This document shows positions 18,996 to 28,400 of a stretch of DNA of 64,000 bases, in pieces. The notes beneath the pieces were generated by a model. That model had not been told where the DNA came from. It saw only the letters and a list, made by a program, of their open reading frames with translations, and did no database searches. The position numbers and the translations under genes are program-made. Position 1 is the stretch's first letter, and every line of letters starts with the position of its first letter. The DNA comes from a virus (lineage: Duplodnaviria > Caudoviricetes). Location of the stretch: the IMG/VR virus record IMGVR_UViG_3300031669_005479, positions 64,001-128,000 of that record; one strand, written 5' to 3'.

Positions 18996-21305
18996 TTAGT
19001 TAACAAAAGCAATTGCACTCCAAAACATACCATTATATACAAATGTTACTGAACCATAATCGGTGTTAACTACGGATGTGCCAAAACTATTAATACATAC
19101 ACCATTACCATTGATTGTTATTGGGTCATTTAAGGCATTTCCACAAACATCAACAATTGATATTCTCTGACTTCTACCATCACAAACAACTGGTGATGCA
19201 GGTAAAAATATTTGAGATGTTGAAACACCCGAAACTAAAATTATTTCATCACAACTAAACGCATAATAACTTCCACCACTATAAAGACCATTAAGTTTTA
19301 TTTTACTGGTAATTATGCAGGTATTTACCTCATTATCAACATATTGTTTATCTGGAATCCAACGTGGATTATTATTACAATAATTATCACCGTATGTTAA
19401 ACCACTCGTTGTAAGATAAACAGTTGTAGGTGCACTAGATACCTTATTCGACAATACCAAGCACGTATCGCAAATATCTAAACTACTTCCATTTGATGGG
19501 TTTGAACAATGATACGAACTAATGGTATTACTACCACCAGATAATCCCCATTGTGCTGCAGCAGCCGAATATGAGCAAATATTAAACTTTGAATTCGAAT
19601 ATACTGTATTTAATTCAAAACTTGCAAGTCCATAAATATTTGTATTATCCGATTGTAGACGTAATGTATTTCCAGATAAATTAATTACAGTATTGCCAGT
19701 TAAATTTCCACCTAATTTAACAATTTGACCACTTTTTGTTAGACCATTCGTTGCACCAGTAATTGCTGAATTAAGAACAGCACCACCGCTAATCGTTTTT
19801 ACTATTTTATCTGATGAATTCCAAACAAGTATTGAATCACTGTTTAATCCACTAGCGGGTGCTGTGTTAACTTTTATAATACCAACAGTATCAATACAAT
19901 GACCCGAATTATTTAAAGATACACTTGATGTTCCACCACTGGTAAACAGTCCAATATTATTTGCATTAACACAGTAATTATTCAATGATATGTTTTCACC
20001 ATACAATAAATTATATGCGCCATCAATGCAAGTATTGTTTGTTAGATTACCACCCAATGCAATATTTCTACCAACACTTGTTAATCCATTTGTAGCACCT
20101 GTTATTGCGCTATTTATAACTGCTTGCGATGTGTTATCAAGACAAACATTATGACTATCATATTTACAAATTCCATTTGTTGAACCAGTTACTGCAGAGT
20201 TAATGGTTGCTATTGTAGCAGTAGTAAGACAAACATTTCTAGCACTACTACTGATTCCAGTTCCAGTTGCACCTGTAAGCGAACTACTAAGTATTGATTG
20301 AACGGAATTTGTTAAGCAAACATTATGACTATCATATTTACAAATTCCATTTGTTGAACCAGTTGTTGAACTATTAACGATATCCTGTGTTGGAACATCA
20401 AGATTAATTACACGAACACCACCTAGAGTATTTATTGTAATACCCGTACCAGCGATTATATCAGATATGTGTGAGAATAATATAAATTCCAGTGGTGTAG
20501 TATCAACATATATTGGGTCTGGAGTTACTAATACCCATGCAGTATTACCATTTGTAGCACCAGAAAGCACCCACATATATGTGCCACTTACTACCTCACC
20601 AGTAGGAACCCCATCAAAATCAGGACTACGACCCCAAGTTCCAGTACTTGCACTATATACGCCATTTGTTACGCCACTAATTTGGTCTTTAACCAATACT
20701 CTATCACCACTTATAATAGAAATTCCATCAATGGCAGTTAAACCACTTAACGGTATTGAACCAGTTGTTGCAACTTTTACCGCTGCTTTTGGTCTTAATC
20801 CAGTTGCAATAGTATCGGCATATTTTTTTGTAATCAGTGAATTGCTGCTAAAATTTCCACTATAATCACTAGCGTATTGAATACCAATAGGTATTATGCG
20901 ATTATCTGCTATCGTTAGCGAAGTGCCACTACTAATTGTAATGGTTGTTCCAGTAGTTAGTGCACCACCCAATATAACGGTACTACCACTTAATGTAGTG
21001 TGCAACCCATTAGTTGCAAATTCTAGCGTCCCACTTCCACTATTAAATACTTGCCAACCATTGATATTGCCAACATTCGCAACATCTTTAAGTATATAAT
21101 ATTTACTATCACCACTAACATATACAATTGTTGAGTATGCTTTTAACTGACCAGATGCTGCAGGTAAATCAGTCTTACCTGAAAGTGAATATAAATCACT
21201 TAATGTTGCAACTGCAGTTCTGAAGCCACCTTTAATAAAATCACTATCAACAACTGCCAAATCTGGGTTGTTATGTATTAATATGTCTGATTGTCTTAAT
21301 GCCAT
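18996..21305 (-). CDS. Modular fibre/decoration protein
   Basis: KAAVKVATT...LSGL.AIDG...GDRVLVK.Q module shared with 15366..17864; duplicated TGSTNGICKYDSHNVCL. Confidence 0.75.
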   Translation of the reverse strand: MALRQSDILIHNNPDLAVVDSDFIKGGFRTAVATLSDLYSLSGKTDLPAASGQLKAYSTIVYVSGDSKYYILKDVANVGNINGWQVFNSGSGTLEFATNGLHTTLSGSTVILGGALTTGTTITISSGTSLTIADNRIIPIGIQYASDYSGNFSSNSLITKKYADTIATGLRPKAAVKVATTGSIPLSGLTAIDGISIISGDRVLVKDQISGVTNGVYSASTGTWGRSPDFDGVPTGEVVSGTYMWVLSGATNGNTAWVLVTPDPIYVDTTPLEFILFSHISDIIAGTGITINTLGGVRVINLDVPTQDIVNSSTTGSTNGICKYDSHNVCLTNSVQSILSSSLTGATGTGISSSARNVCLTTATIATINSAVTGSTNGICKYDSHNVCLDNTSQAVINSAITGATNGLTSVGRNIALGGNLTNNTCIDGAYNLLYGENISLNNYCVNANNIGLFTSGGTSSVSLNNSGHCIDTVGIIKVNTAPASGLNSDSILVWNSSDKIVKTISGGAVLNSAITGATNGLTKSGQIVKLGGNLTGNTVINLSGNTLRLQSDNTNIYGLASFELNTVYSNSKFNICSYSAAAAQWGLSGGSNTISSYHCSNPSNGSSLDICDTCLVLSNKVSSAPTTVYLTTSGLTYGDNYCNNNPRWIPDKQYVDNEVNTCIITSKIKLNGLYSGGSYYAFSCDEIILVSGVSTSQIFLPASPVVCDGRSQRISIVDVCGNALNDPITINGNGVCINSFGTSVVNTDYGSVTFVYNGMFWSAIAFVN

Positions 21306-21337
21306 TTTTTTTTAAATTTTATTTATTTTCAATAATT

Positions 21338-23614
21338 TTATGAAAATACTAGATTATCTCCCGTATATGCATTAGTAGCATTGGTTTTCCATACTTTATA
21401 GTTTAATGATTCACCATATGAATTGATAACGCTTACTTGAGCGAGTTGCGACCATGCCCCAAAATCTTGTGCAATACCATTCTTCAAAATACTCGTTATG
21501 TCACCATATGTTGAAGGATATGCGTAATAGGTATAGTTACTACCAGCAGTAATCGCATTCCAAGTTAATGATTGTGATGATAGAAAATTTTTATTAGCCA
21601 GTGCTTTTATTTGTGTCGATGTTAGTGTCGTATTAATATTAAATCCATAATATGAAAAATATTTAAACGATATGGATAGTGAGCCACCATTTCCTGTAGT
21701 ATATTGATCAGTATATGTGATTCTATAATCAATCGATGTGGCACTTGTTGGAATTCCATTATCAAGAGTAGGAGAAATTGTTGCTGTTAGCGTATTTAAA
21801 CTACTTCCAGAGGCCAATACAACATATGAACCACCATTATATCTTCTTTCTAGCGTCCATGCTGTAATCTTAACCAATATACGATTTGAAGTAATTGAGC
21901 CACTCGGACTACTAATTACATTCCCCTTTTCCCTAACTGTTTGTGTTTCTGGCGATGTAATGGTTCCATTAAGTAGAGATGATATTGTAGGTGCAACATA
22001 TGCTTGTGGCGTAACTGTAATTATTGTACTTCCACTACCACCTGCACTATCAATCACACTATATTTGTATTGAATTGCAGTAGCATTAAATCTATTTGCG
22101 CTATCGTCAATATTATGTGTATACGTTGTTGCACCAGTACTAGTTGTTAATACATTCCAACCAGAACCTCTATTATATTGAAGACTTGTACTTGCAACGT
22201 GTGCACCGACCGTATTTATTGTATACGAAAAACTTAAATTAACTGTTTTACCTGATTGACCAAAACTAACATCACCAGTACCTAAATCACTTAAATTTAT
22301 CGTAGGAACTAGTGCTTCGGCTAACGCTAACTTTATCACATCATTTGCAGTTTTTCCACTAGCAGGAATAATATCACCATTAAGATATTTGCCAAATGTT
22401 TTACCACTTGCAATACTTACCGTAATATTAGAAGTAAATTTTTCACTAGCACTACAACTTGAATTGATTATTATATTGTTTCCAACCTGTGATATTGAAG
22501 TATTTCCACTACCAACAAGAGAATTAAAGCACATATTTCTATTCAAAACACTGCTATAAACGCCAATTCCTGTTCCTAGATTTGTTCCACCTGTTACTGC
22601 AACACGACTATCATTTGAACTTGAATATATTATTAAACAGTTACCTCTTTGAGAAATTGTTGTATCTCCACTAGAAATAAGTGTCCTAAATTGTAAAGTG
22701 CTACCAGTTTTTTGAGAAAAAATTCCATAACCGCTTCCAACATTTTGTGCAGTAATTACAGCACTTGTACCCGATAAATAAACAAACGCATCATCATATG
22801 TAATATTAATATATGAAGGTGTCTTCGATTTTATTGTTCTTAATTGCATTATATTGCTTTCAGTATCCGAATAAATTGGACCACCTATCGTAATTGTATT
22901 TCCAGTTAATAAACTGCCAGTAACTATCGAAACAATTGCCGAACCATTGTTATATGGTGACCCAGATATCCAAGTAGTTGCGGTATATGGAAATGTAGTA
23001 ATACCATTATAATATAATGCATTTCCATATACAGGTGCTGCATTTCCTAAAATTGTTTCTAAATTACCATCAACAAAATTCCAACCATTCTTAGCGTCAA
23101 TTGTTGTTTCTGACCAAACCCAAGATTTAACAGGTAGGGTAGTTTTTACGTATCCTCTTTTAGGTATGCCATCTGTAGGAGTGCCAATACGTATAATACC
23201 ATTACTATCTCTATAATAGTTATTATACAATGAGTTATAATTACCACTATAATTGGTTGCATCCAATAAGTTTGTTATAGGTAGTGTTTGAATACCAGTA
23301 TAACCACTAAAAAATCCAATATTTGTGCCACCTGTAACAAAATTACTTGTTGGTATTGTGGTATCATATATTTTTTCAATCAGTGTATTAATGTCATTTT
23401 TAAACCAATATTCTTTATTAACACCAGTGGTTCCACTATCATTAATAACAACTGTTAGTCCGACATATCTCTCACTTGAAGGAATTATATTGAACACTTC
23501 GGTATGTGAAGAATAGGGTAATGGAGTACCATTCAACGTTCTTTCACTTAGATATCGTTTATCGGCAGGTGCAGGTGCTGCTATTTTTAAATTTGAATTT
23601 AATTGTATTGACAT
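21338..23614 (-). CDS. Modular structural protein
   Basis: N-domain D.RYL...PY...ERYVGLTV..EYWF; Ser/Thr/Gly-rich Ig-like body. Confidence 0.7.
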   Translation of the reverse strand: MSIQLNSNLKIAAPAPADKRYLSERTLNGTPLPYSSHTEVFNIIPSSERYVGLTVVINDSGTTGVNKEYWFKNDINTLIEKIYDTTIPTSNFVTGGTNIGFFSGYTGIQTLPITNLLDATNYSGNYNSLYNNYYRDSNGIIRIGTPTDGIPKRGYVKTTLPVKSWVWSETTIDAKNGWNFVDGNLETILGNAAPVYGNALYYNGITTFPYTATTWISGSPYNNGSAIVSIVTGSLLTGNTITIGGPIYSDTESNIMQLRTIKSKTPSYINITYDDAFVYLSGTSAVITAQNVGSGYGIFSQKTGSTLQFRTLISSGDTTISQRGNCLIIYSSSNDSRVAVTGGTNLGTGIGVYSSVLNRNMCFNSLVGSGNTSISQVGNNIIINSSCSASEKFTSNITVSIASGKTFGKYLNGDIIPASGKTANDVIKLALAEALVPTINLSDLGTGDVSFGQSGKTVNLSFSYTINTVGAHVASTSLQYNRGSGWNVLTTSTGATTYTHNIDDSANRFNATAIQYKYSVIDSAGGSGSTIITVTPQAYVAPTISSLLNGTITSPETQTVREKGNVISSPSGSITSNRILVKITAWTLERRYNGGSYVVLASGSSLNTLTATISPTLDNGIPTSATSIDYRITYTDQYTTGNGGSLSISFKYFSYYGFNINTTLTSTQIKALANKNFLSSQSLTWNAITAGSNYTYYAYPSTYGDITSILKNGIAQDFGAWSQLAQVSVINSYGESLNYKVWKTNATNAYTGDNLVFS

Positions 23615-23626
23615 ATTCTAAATATT

Positions 23627-24733
23627 TTAATTTGTAAATGTTAATGAATAACCAACAGTACTTGTTTGATAATTACTAATATAAAACTCATAAGAAATTG
23701 CAGACCAACAAGAATTTGGAGAATTTACTAATATTGCCGTAGGAGAATTAAATAATCCACCAGGTATTGATTCAGTATTGGTTGTCGGAGCATTTGAACC
23801 ATACCATTTAGTCTTAGTATTACCAGCAGGGATAGCAAGCCAAACATATTTTGTTGCCACATTATAGTTAACTGTAACATTTCCGCTACTAATACATACA
23901 CATTTAGTACCACCTGTCAACAATGTTGAACTTGCAATTGGTTGTGTATTGCTACTACCATAGAAATATGGGTAAATACCACATACTGGAATGTTCACTG
24001 TGGGTGAAATTCCTGCAGAACAACAGGTCATTCCACCAATACTTCCATCACTTTTTAATGGATATTGACCTGCGGAATAACTAACATTAAGCGAAATATT
24101 ATGACATCCAAATTGAATTTGATGTGGCTGCAATGCAATTGAATTGCACAGTGATGATGATACTGCACAACACGTAGAACCATTATCGGCAGTATAATTA
24201 TATGCCGTTGGTAATCCAGTTCTAACTGAGGTTCCACCACAATACACAGGATTTACGCTGCCTTGATTATATATTGCGCATGTTGTAAATACACAACCAG
24301 TTCCAACTTCCAATGGATTTGTCGCAGATGTTATTGATAATGTTACATAGTTTGGAGTACAAATTGGACTTAATGTAGGTGAAACAATCTGTTCAATAAT
24401 ACATGACAAGGATTCACCAACAATTGGAGTACCTGCAGGTAATCCACCAACACTACATGTTGTTGGAGAAGAACCATTATAAATTGTTGAACCGCCAGAT
24501 ACTGACGATAACGCTAAACGAATTTTATTTGATGCATTATCATAGGTTAACACATACCCATCCGTTGCAGGATTTGCACCATCAGCAGTAATTATAACAT
24601 TACTACCATTTCCATCACTTAACGTTAATCCGCTGGTAGATAAAATTTGAGTTTGACCCGATAATGCCAATTCACTCCCGTCAAGTTGTTTAAATTGTAT
24701 ATTATCAAGATTTGGACGACTAAAGAATGCCAT
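23627..24733 (-). CDS. Cys-rich modular structural protein, first gene of the fibre array
   Basis: RPNL...QFKQ...L.LSG.T N-motif; 16 Cys in 368 aa by my count. Confidence 0.7.
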   Translation of the reverse strand: MAFFSRPNLDNIQFKQLDGSELALSGQTQILSTSGLTLSDGNGSNVIITADGANPATDGYVLTYDNASNKIRLALSSVSGGSTIYNGSSPTTCSVGGLPAGTPIVGESLSCIIEQIVSPTLSPICTPNYVTLSITSATNPLEVGTGCVFTTCAIYNQGSVNPVYCGGTSVRTGLPTAYNYTADNGSTCCAVSSSLCNSIALQPHQIQFGCHNISLNVSYSAGQYPLKSDGSIGGMTCCSAGISPTVNIPVCGIYPYFYGSSNTQPIASSTLLTGGTKCVCISSGNVTVNYNVATKYVWLAIPAGNTKTKWYGSNAPTTNTESIPGGLFNSPTAILVNSPNSCWSAISYEFYISNYQTSTVGYSLTFTN

Positions 24734-24825
24734 ATTAGTTTATATTTATTATCAATAATTTTTGTAACATCACGACCGTATGGTTAGTTACGAAATTCGA
24801 GCATTTATGCTCGATTATATTTATA

Positions 24826-24833
24826 ATAAATAC
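24826..24833 (-). promoter_or_regulatory. GTATTTAT putative late promoter
   Basis: 92 nt upstream of ATG 24733, just downstream of a terminator. Confidence 0.65.
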
Positions 24834-24864
24834 AAAAGACTTCAATTAAAAACAAAATAAAACA

Positions 24865-24899
24865 AAAAACCCCACAAGAAATTTTCTTGTGGGGTTTTT
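24865..24899. terminator. Intrinsic terminator downstream of the tRNA
   Basis: 16-bp stem AAAAACCCCACAAGAA/TTCTTGTGGGGTTTTT. Confidence 0.85.
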
Positions 24900-25036
24900 A
24901 TATTAATTTAAATCTTATAAACTAAATCTATCTTGTTTACGTGCTTTTCTTCGAAGTTCATTTACTTCACGAAGTGCATTAGGATTAAATCTTTCACGCC
25001 TAACCACACTAACAAGATGATTAAATTCATTTTCAG

Positions 25037-25122
25037 TAGCGGGAGAGAAAGTCGAATTCTCACTTGCATTAGATGTCTCAAGGTTATGAGCCTTGCGTGT
25101 TAGCCATTTACACCATCCCGCA
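25037..25122 (-). tRNA. tRNA with CAU anticodon (Met/fMet-like), atypical, no encoded CCA
   Basis: TGCGGGA TG GTGT AAATGGCTA ACAC G CAAGG CTCATAA CCTTG AGACATCTAATGCAAGT GAGAA TTCGACT TTCTC TCCCGCT A: acceptor, D, anticodon and T stems all pair. Confidence 0.88.
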
Positions 25123-25175
25123 ATATATTTTTTAAACCATTTTCTTCTTTTAATGAACGTTGTCCTAGGACGATA

Positions 25176-25206
25176 CAAACATACAATACATTTTTTAAAT
25201 ATGCAA
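25176..25206 (-). promoter_or_regulatory. Bacteroidota-type promoter of the tRNA
   Basis: TTG-N20-TATGTTTG about 55 nt upstream of the tRNA. Confidence 0.7.
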
Positions 25207-25253
25207 GCATTTTTTTAAAAAAAATGAAAAATTTTATATTCGGTCTTGGAATA

Positions 25254-25261
25254 ATAAATAC
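25254..25261 (-). promoter_or_regulatory. GTATTTAT putative late promoter (tRNA unit)
   Basis: Intergenic; context TCTTCGTATTTAT identical to that at 15276. Confidence 0.6.
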
Positions 25262-25301
25262 GAAGAAATTCTAAAAAAGTTACAATTTTTTATAAAAAAT
25301 A

Positions 25302-28300
25302 TTATTTATCTTTCATAACGTTCTGATGCATACGCAGTTTCTCAAGATTATCCTTTATGATTTTATTCTCACCATGCTCTTCATCGGGGTCAACCAATAA
25401 TAAATTTTCAATGTCTTCAGATGTAATTTTTTTATTAATCATCTCATGTAATGGTATCTTATGTGTTGGTTTTATGACATTTTGTGTTATATTATCATCC
25501 AAGTCTAATAATGACACATTCGCATCTACAGCAATTTCACCAATAGTATCATTCGCCACTACAATATCTTCAGACTCATCAATTTCAAGAATATTTTGAT
25601 TATTTTCATCAATGTTTTTAAAATTAGAATCATTCGCTTCTCGAATTTCAGTGTCGAAATTTTTATTCATTTCAATATTATTTACTGCACCAAACATTTC
25701 AGGTTCATTATTTCTTCGTATCAGTTCATTTAACGCTTGTGGATTTCTCATTATATCATTCTCGTGCATACTAATTGCTTCATGTATCTTAATATCAGAA
25801 GATTTTTCTTTCACATTGTTAGCATGCTCTTCGAATTTATTAATGTCATCATCCCCATAATGTTTTAACCCTTTATATGTTTTTGTATACCTATACCTTG
25901 GGTCATCAATAATTATCTGCATTTTATCATTATCAAATATACAATCTTCGAAAGACTGTCCATCTTTTGCAAATCTAGCCTTTATAATTCTAATATTTGC
26001 TAAACTTGCTTCCTGTTGTGCGGGTGTCTTAGCGACAGACATAAAGAAATGTGCTTTTTGAATTCTTTTAATGTTTCCACCAATCTGATGCGCTTCAACA
26101 AATTCTGCACCAAAACCCGAACGATTAGATTGTATTGCAGTCCAAGCAGGAATATCTAAGTCAGATGATAATGCTTCAAATGCTTTTATAATTGCAAGTT
26201 CTGCTTCATTTCTATCAGGAGATTTCTTATGGGATTCTAAACAATCGAGATAGTCAAGCACCAATATATCAAAATTAAATCCAAACTTTTTTTGATATCC
26301 AAGCATCCAGTTTTTTACATCCATCATGGTTGTATTTTCCTGACTGAACCTTTTTATGATTAACCTACCATTACCTTCTAAAGATTTTGCCTTTTCATGA
26401 ACAATTTTTGTAACCCTAGCATTTTCATCTTCATCGTCCAATTTACTTAGTGATGATTTTGACCAAATAGTATAGTGTTTACGTTTAATTTGATCTTTCG
26501 TATCCTCAAAAATAATTTGAGCAACATTTTTTTCGTCTTCATATGCAGTATTGGCAATTATAGTAAGTGCGGTAGTATTGTGCGTTAAAATATAATCATT
26601 AGTAACATATAAATGATCGTCATTTTCGACATAAATGCACTGTGCATCTTCATTATGAGAATAGGTTATCGATTGAATATATTTATTATACTTATATTTA
26701 TTTCTGTATATGACACGATTTTGCTTTCTAATTAGTTGAAATGGTTTAATACTTTCGTCCGAAAACGATAATGTTAATATATACGATAACTTACCAATAT
26801 TTATTTCATCATTATACTTATATTTGGGATATTTTTCTTTCATACTACAAAAGCCACCCAACGATAACACCAATTCTCTAACATCAAATGCCAACTGTTT
26901 TGATGTTGTAGTATATTGAACCCTACCAGTCTTAGAGGCAAATCCATCACTATCCATTAATCCCTGTAATAGCAATATTCTATTATCAATTGTATTATAT
27001 TTATAGTCACGAGGGATGAATTTGGTGTTAGATAATTTATCAAATAATTCATAATTAGTTAGATTTTTTCTACTTCCACACAATCTAACTCTATATACAT
27101 TATTTAATTTACGCTTATCCCTATTTATCGTTATATTGTCACTAAAATATTTTTTTACGTTATTAATGACATCAATGTCACACGTAGTAAATTCACAACT
27201 TTTCATATAGCCATCACCAAGCATAATACCCATAATATATGGATGGATTTCCACGTCCTTTAATAAAAATTGTACTGGAGAAATGATAGGTATTCTATAA
27301 TTTAATTTTTTTGATTTTTTACCATATATGATGTAATCTTTCATGATCTCATCAAGAGTCATTGTTTTATATGTATTATCTGGAACTTTTATGTGTTTTA
27401 TTTTGCCATTAATATTATGTGTAGTATTTGCAGTTCGCTGATTTAAAGAATTTACTGCCCATAAATGTTCTCTATCACACATCGCTGACGTACCATCATT
27501 AAATTTTACGTTATATATCTCCCTGATACCTTGTGGATATACACCTAAAACTCGTTGTGATTTTCCATCGCTTCCTATAACACTATCATTAATTTTTATT
27601 TCCCCATTTTTAATCCACCCATTTGGAGTTAATACTGGTGCAGACATTGGTAATGATTTACCAACACCTGAAGGGGTTAGTATCACACCTATTTCACCTT
27701 TACCAAGACCACCACCAGTTAATGAGTCAATTACACCAATACCTGTTGCTATTGGTTGTCTAAACTCTTTACGGAGTGCCTTGTCTATTCCATCAGTAAC
27801 TTCTTCGCAATCATCCTCAATTTCACCAATACGTGCAATTTTTTGAAATCTATCGTCTATTGCCGTAATAACATACTTACTTCTAATATCACCATTCTTA
27901 ACACTATCAATAATAGATTCTGCCAACTTGCGATACTCTTGCTGCTTAATGAAATTATTTGTCGATTTTTGAACAACATCTCCATCGTAAAGCATTTGCT
28001 TATTAATAACCCTTTCGTTCCAAAGTTCAATTCGTTTTACAACTGCAAATAATGACTCTTCCTCAATAACATTATTTGGGGATTTGTATCTATTAATTGC
28101 TTGATGAATACTTTGATTTTGAAGATTGGGAACCTTTTGAAATTCTTTATAATATTCTAAAATAATTATAAATAGTCTTCTAAGATTCGGGTCATCGAAA
28201 TACTCTATTGCTAAATCAAGAATAATTTTTTCCGAAAATTCTGGTTCAACCAACAACTGCCACATAAGACGTTGCTGAAATTCTGGACCTAGATATGCTG

Positions 28301-28328
28301 ATAATGTATGCTCTGTAGTTTCTGCCAT
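25302..28328 (-). CDS. dnaB: DnaB-like replicative helicase with intein and an acidic C-terminal extension
   Basis: TGIGVIDSLTGGGLGKGE, split Walker A PSGVGK|TT, LVLDYLDCL, WTAIQSNR, IIKARF. Confidence 0.92.
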   Translation of the reverse strand: MAETTEHTLSAYLGPEFQQRLMWQLLVEPEFSEKIILDLAIEYFDDPNLRRLFIIILEYYKEFQKVPNLQNQSIHQAINRYKSPNNVIEEESLFAVVKRIELWNERVINKQMLYDGDVVQKSTNNFIKQQEYRKLAESIIDSVKNGDIRSKYVITAIDDRFQKIARIGEIEDDCEEVTDGIDKALRKEFRQPIATGIGVIDSLTGGGLGKGEIGVILTPSGVGKSLPMSAPVLTPNGWIKNGEIKINDSVIGSDGKSQRVLGVYPQGIREIYNVKFNDGTSAMCDREHLWAVNSLNQRTANTTHNINGKIKHIKVPDNTYKTMTLDEIMKDYIIYGKKSKKLNYRIPIISPVQFLLKDVEIHPYIMGIMLGDGYMKSCEFTTCDIDVINNVKKYFSDNITINRDKRKLNNVYRVRLCGSRKNLTNYELFDKLSNTKFIPRDYKYNTIDNRILLLQGLMDSDGFASKTGRVQYTTTSKQLAFDVRELVLSLGGFCSMKEKYPKYKYNDEINIGKLSYILTLSFSDESIKPFQLIRKQNRVIYRNKYKYNKYIQSITYSHNEDAQCIYVENDDHLYVTNDYILTHNTTALTIIANTAYEDEKNVAQIIFEDTKDQIKRKHYTIWSKSSLSKLDDEDENARVTKIVHEKAKSLEGNGRLIIKRFSQENTTMMDVKNWMLGYQKKFGFNFDILVLDYLDCLESHKKSPDRNEAELAIIKAFEALSSDLDIPAWTAIQSNRSGFGAEFVEAHQIGGNIKRIQKAHFFMSVAKTPAQQEASLANIRIIKARFAKDGQSFEDCIFDNDKMQIIIDDPRYRYTKTYKGLKHYGDDDINKFEEHANNVKEKSSDIKIHEAISMHENDIMRNPQALNELIRRNNEPEMFGAVNNIEMNKNFDTEIREANDSNFKNIDENNQNILEIDESEDIVVANDTIGEIAVDANVSLLDLDDNITQNVIKPTHKIPLHEMINKKITSEDIENLLLVDPDEEHGENKIIKDNLEKLRMHQNVMKDK
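26577..27656 (-). mobile_element. Intein (360 aa) with LAGLIDADG homing endonuclease in the helicase P-loop
   Basis: Starts SLPMSAPVLTPNGW, ends YVTNDYILTHN|T; MGIMLGDG and LLQGLMDSDG; class 3 W/C/T residues. Confidence 0.93.
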
Positions 28329-28349
28329 TTAGATGTATGTATGTGAAAA

Positions 28350-28379
28350 GTTATTGTAGGTTACATAACCTACAATAAC
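28350..28379. other. 13-bp inverted repeat between the upstream gene and the helicase start
   Basis: GTTATTGTAGGTT-acat-AACCTACAATAAC, no U-run. Confidence 0.6.
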
Positions 28380-28400
28380 GATAATTATATTCGATAATAC

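Noticed and set aside
24915-25178. 87 aa minus-strand ORF in the track
   Set aside because: It overlies the tRNA cloverleaf, its TTG start lies inside the tRNA promoter -7 box, and its composition looks like translated RNA-gene sequence.
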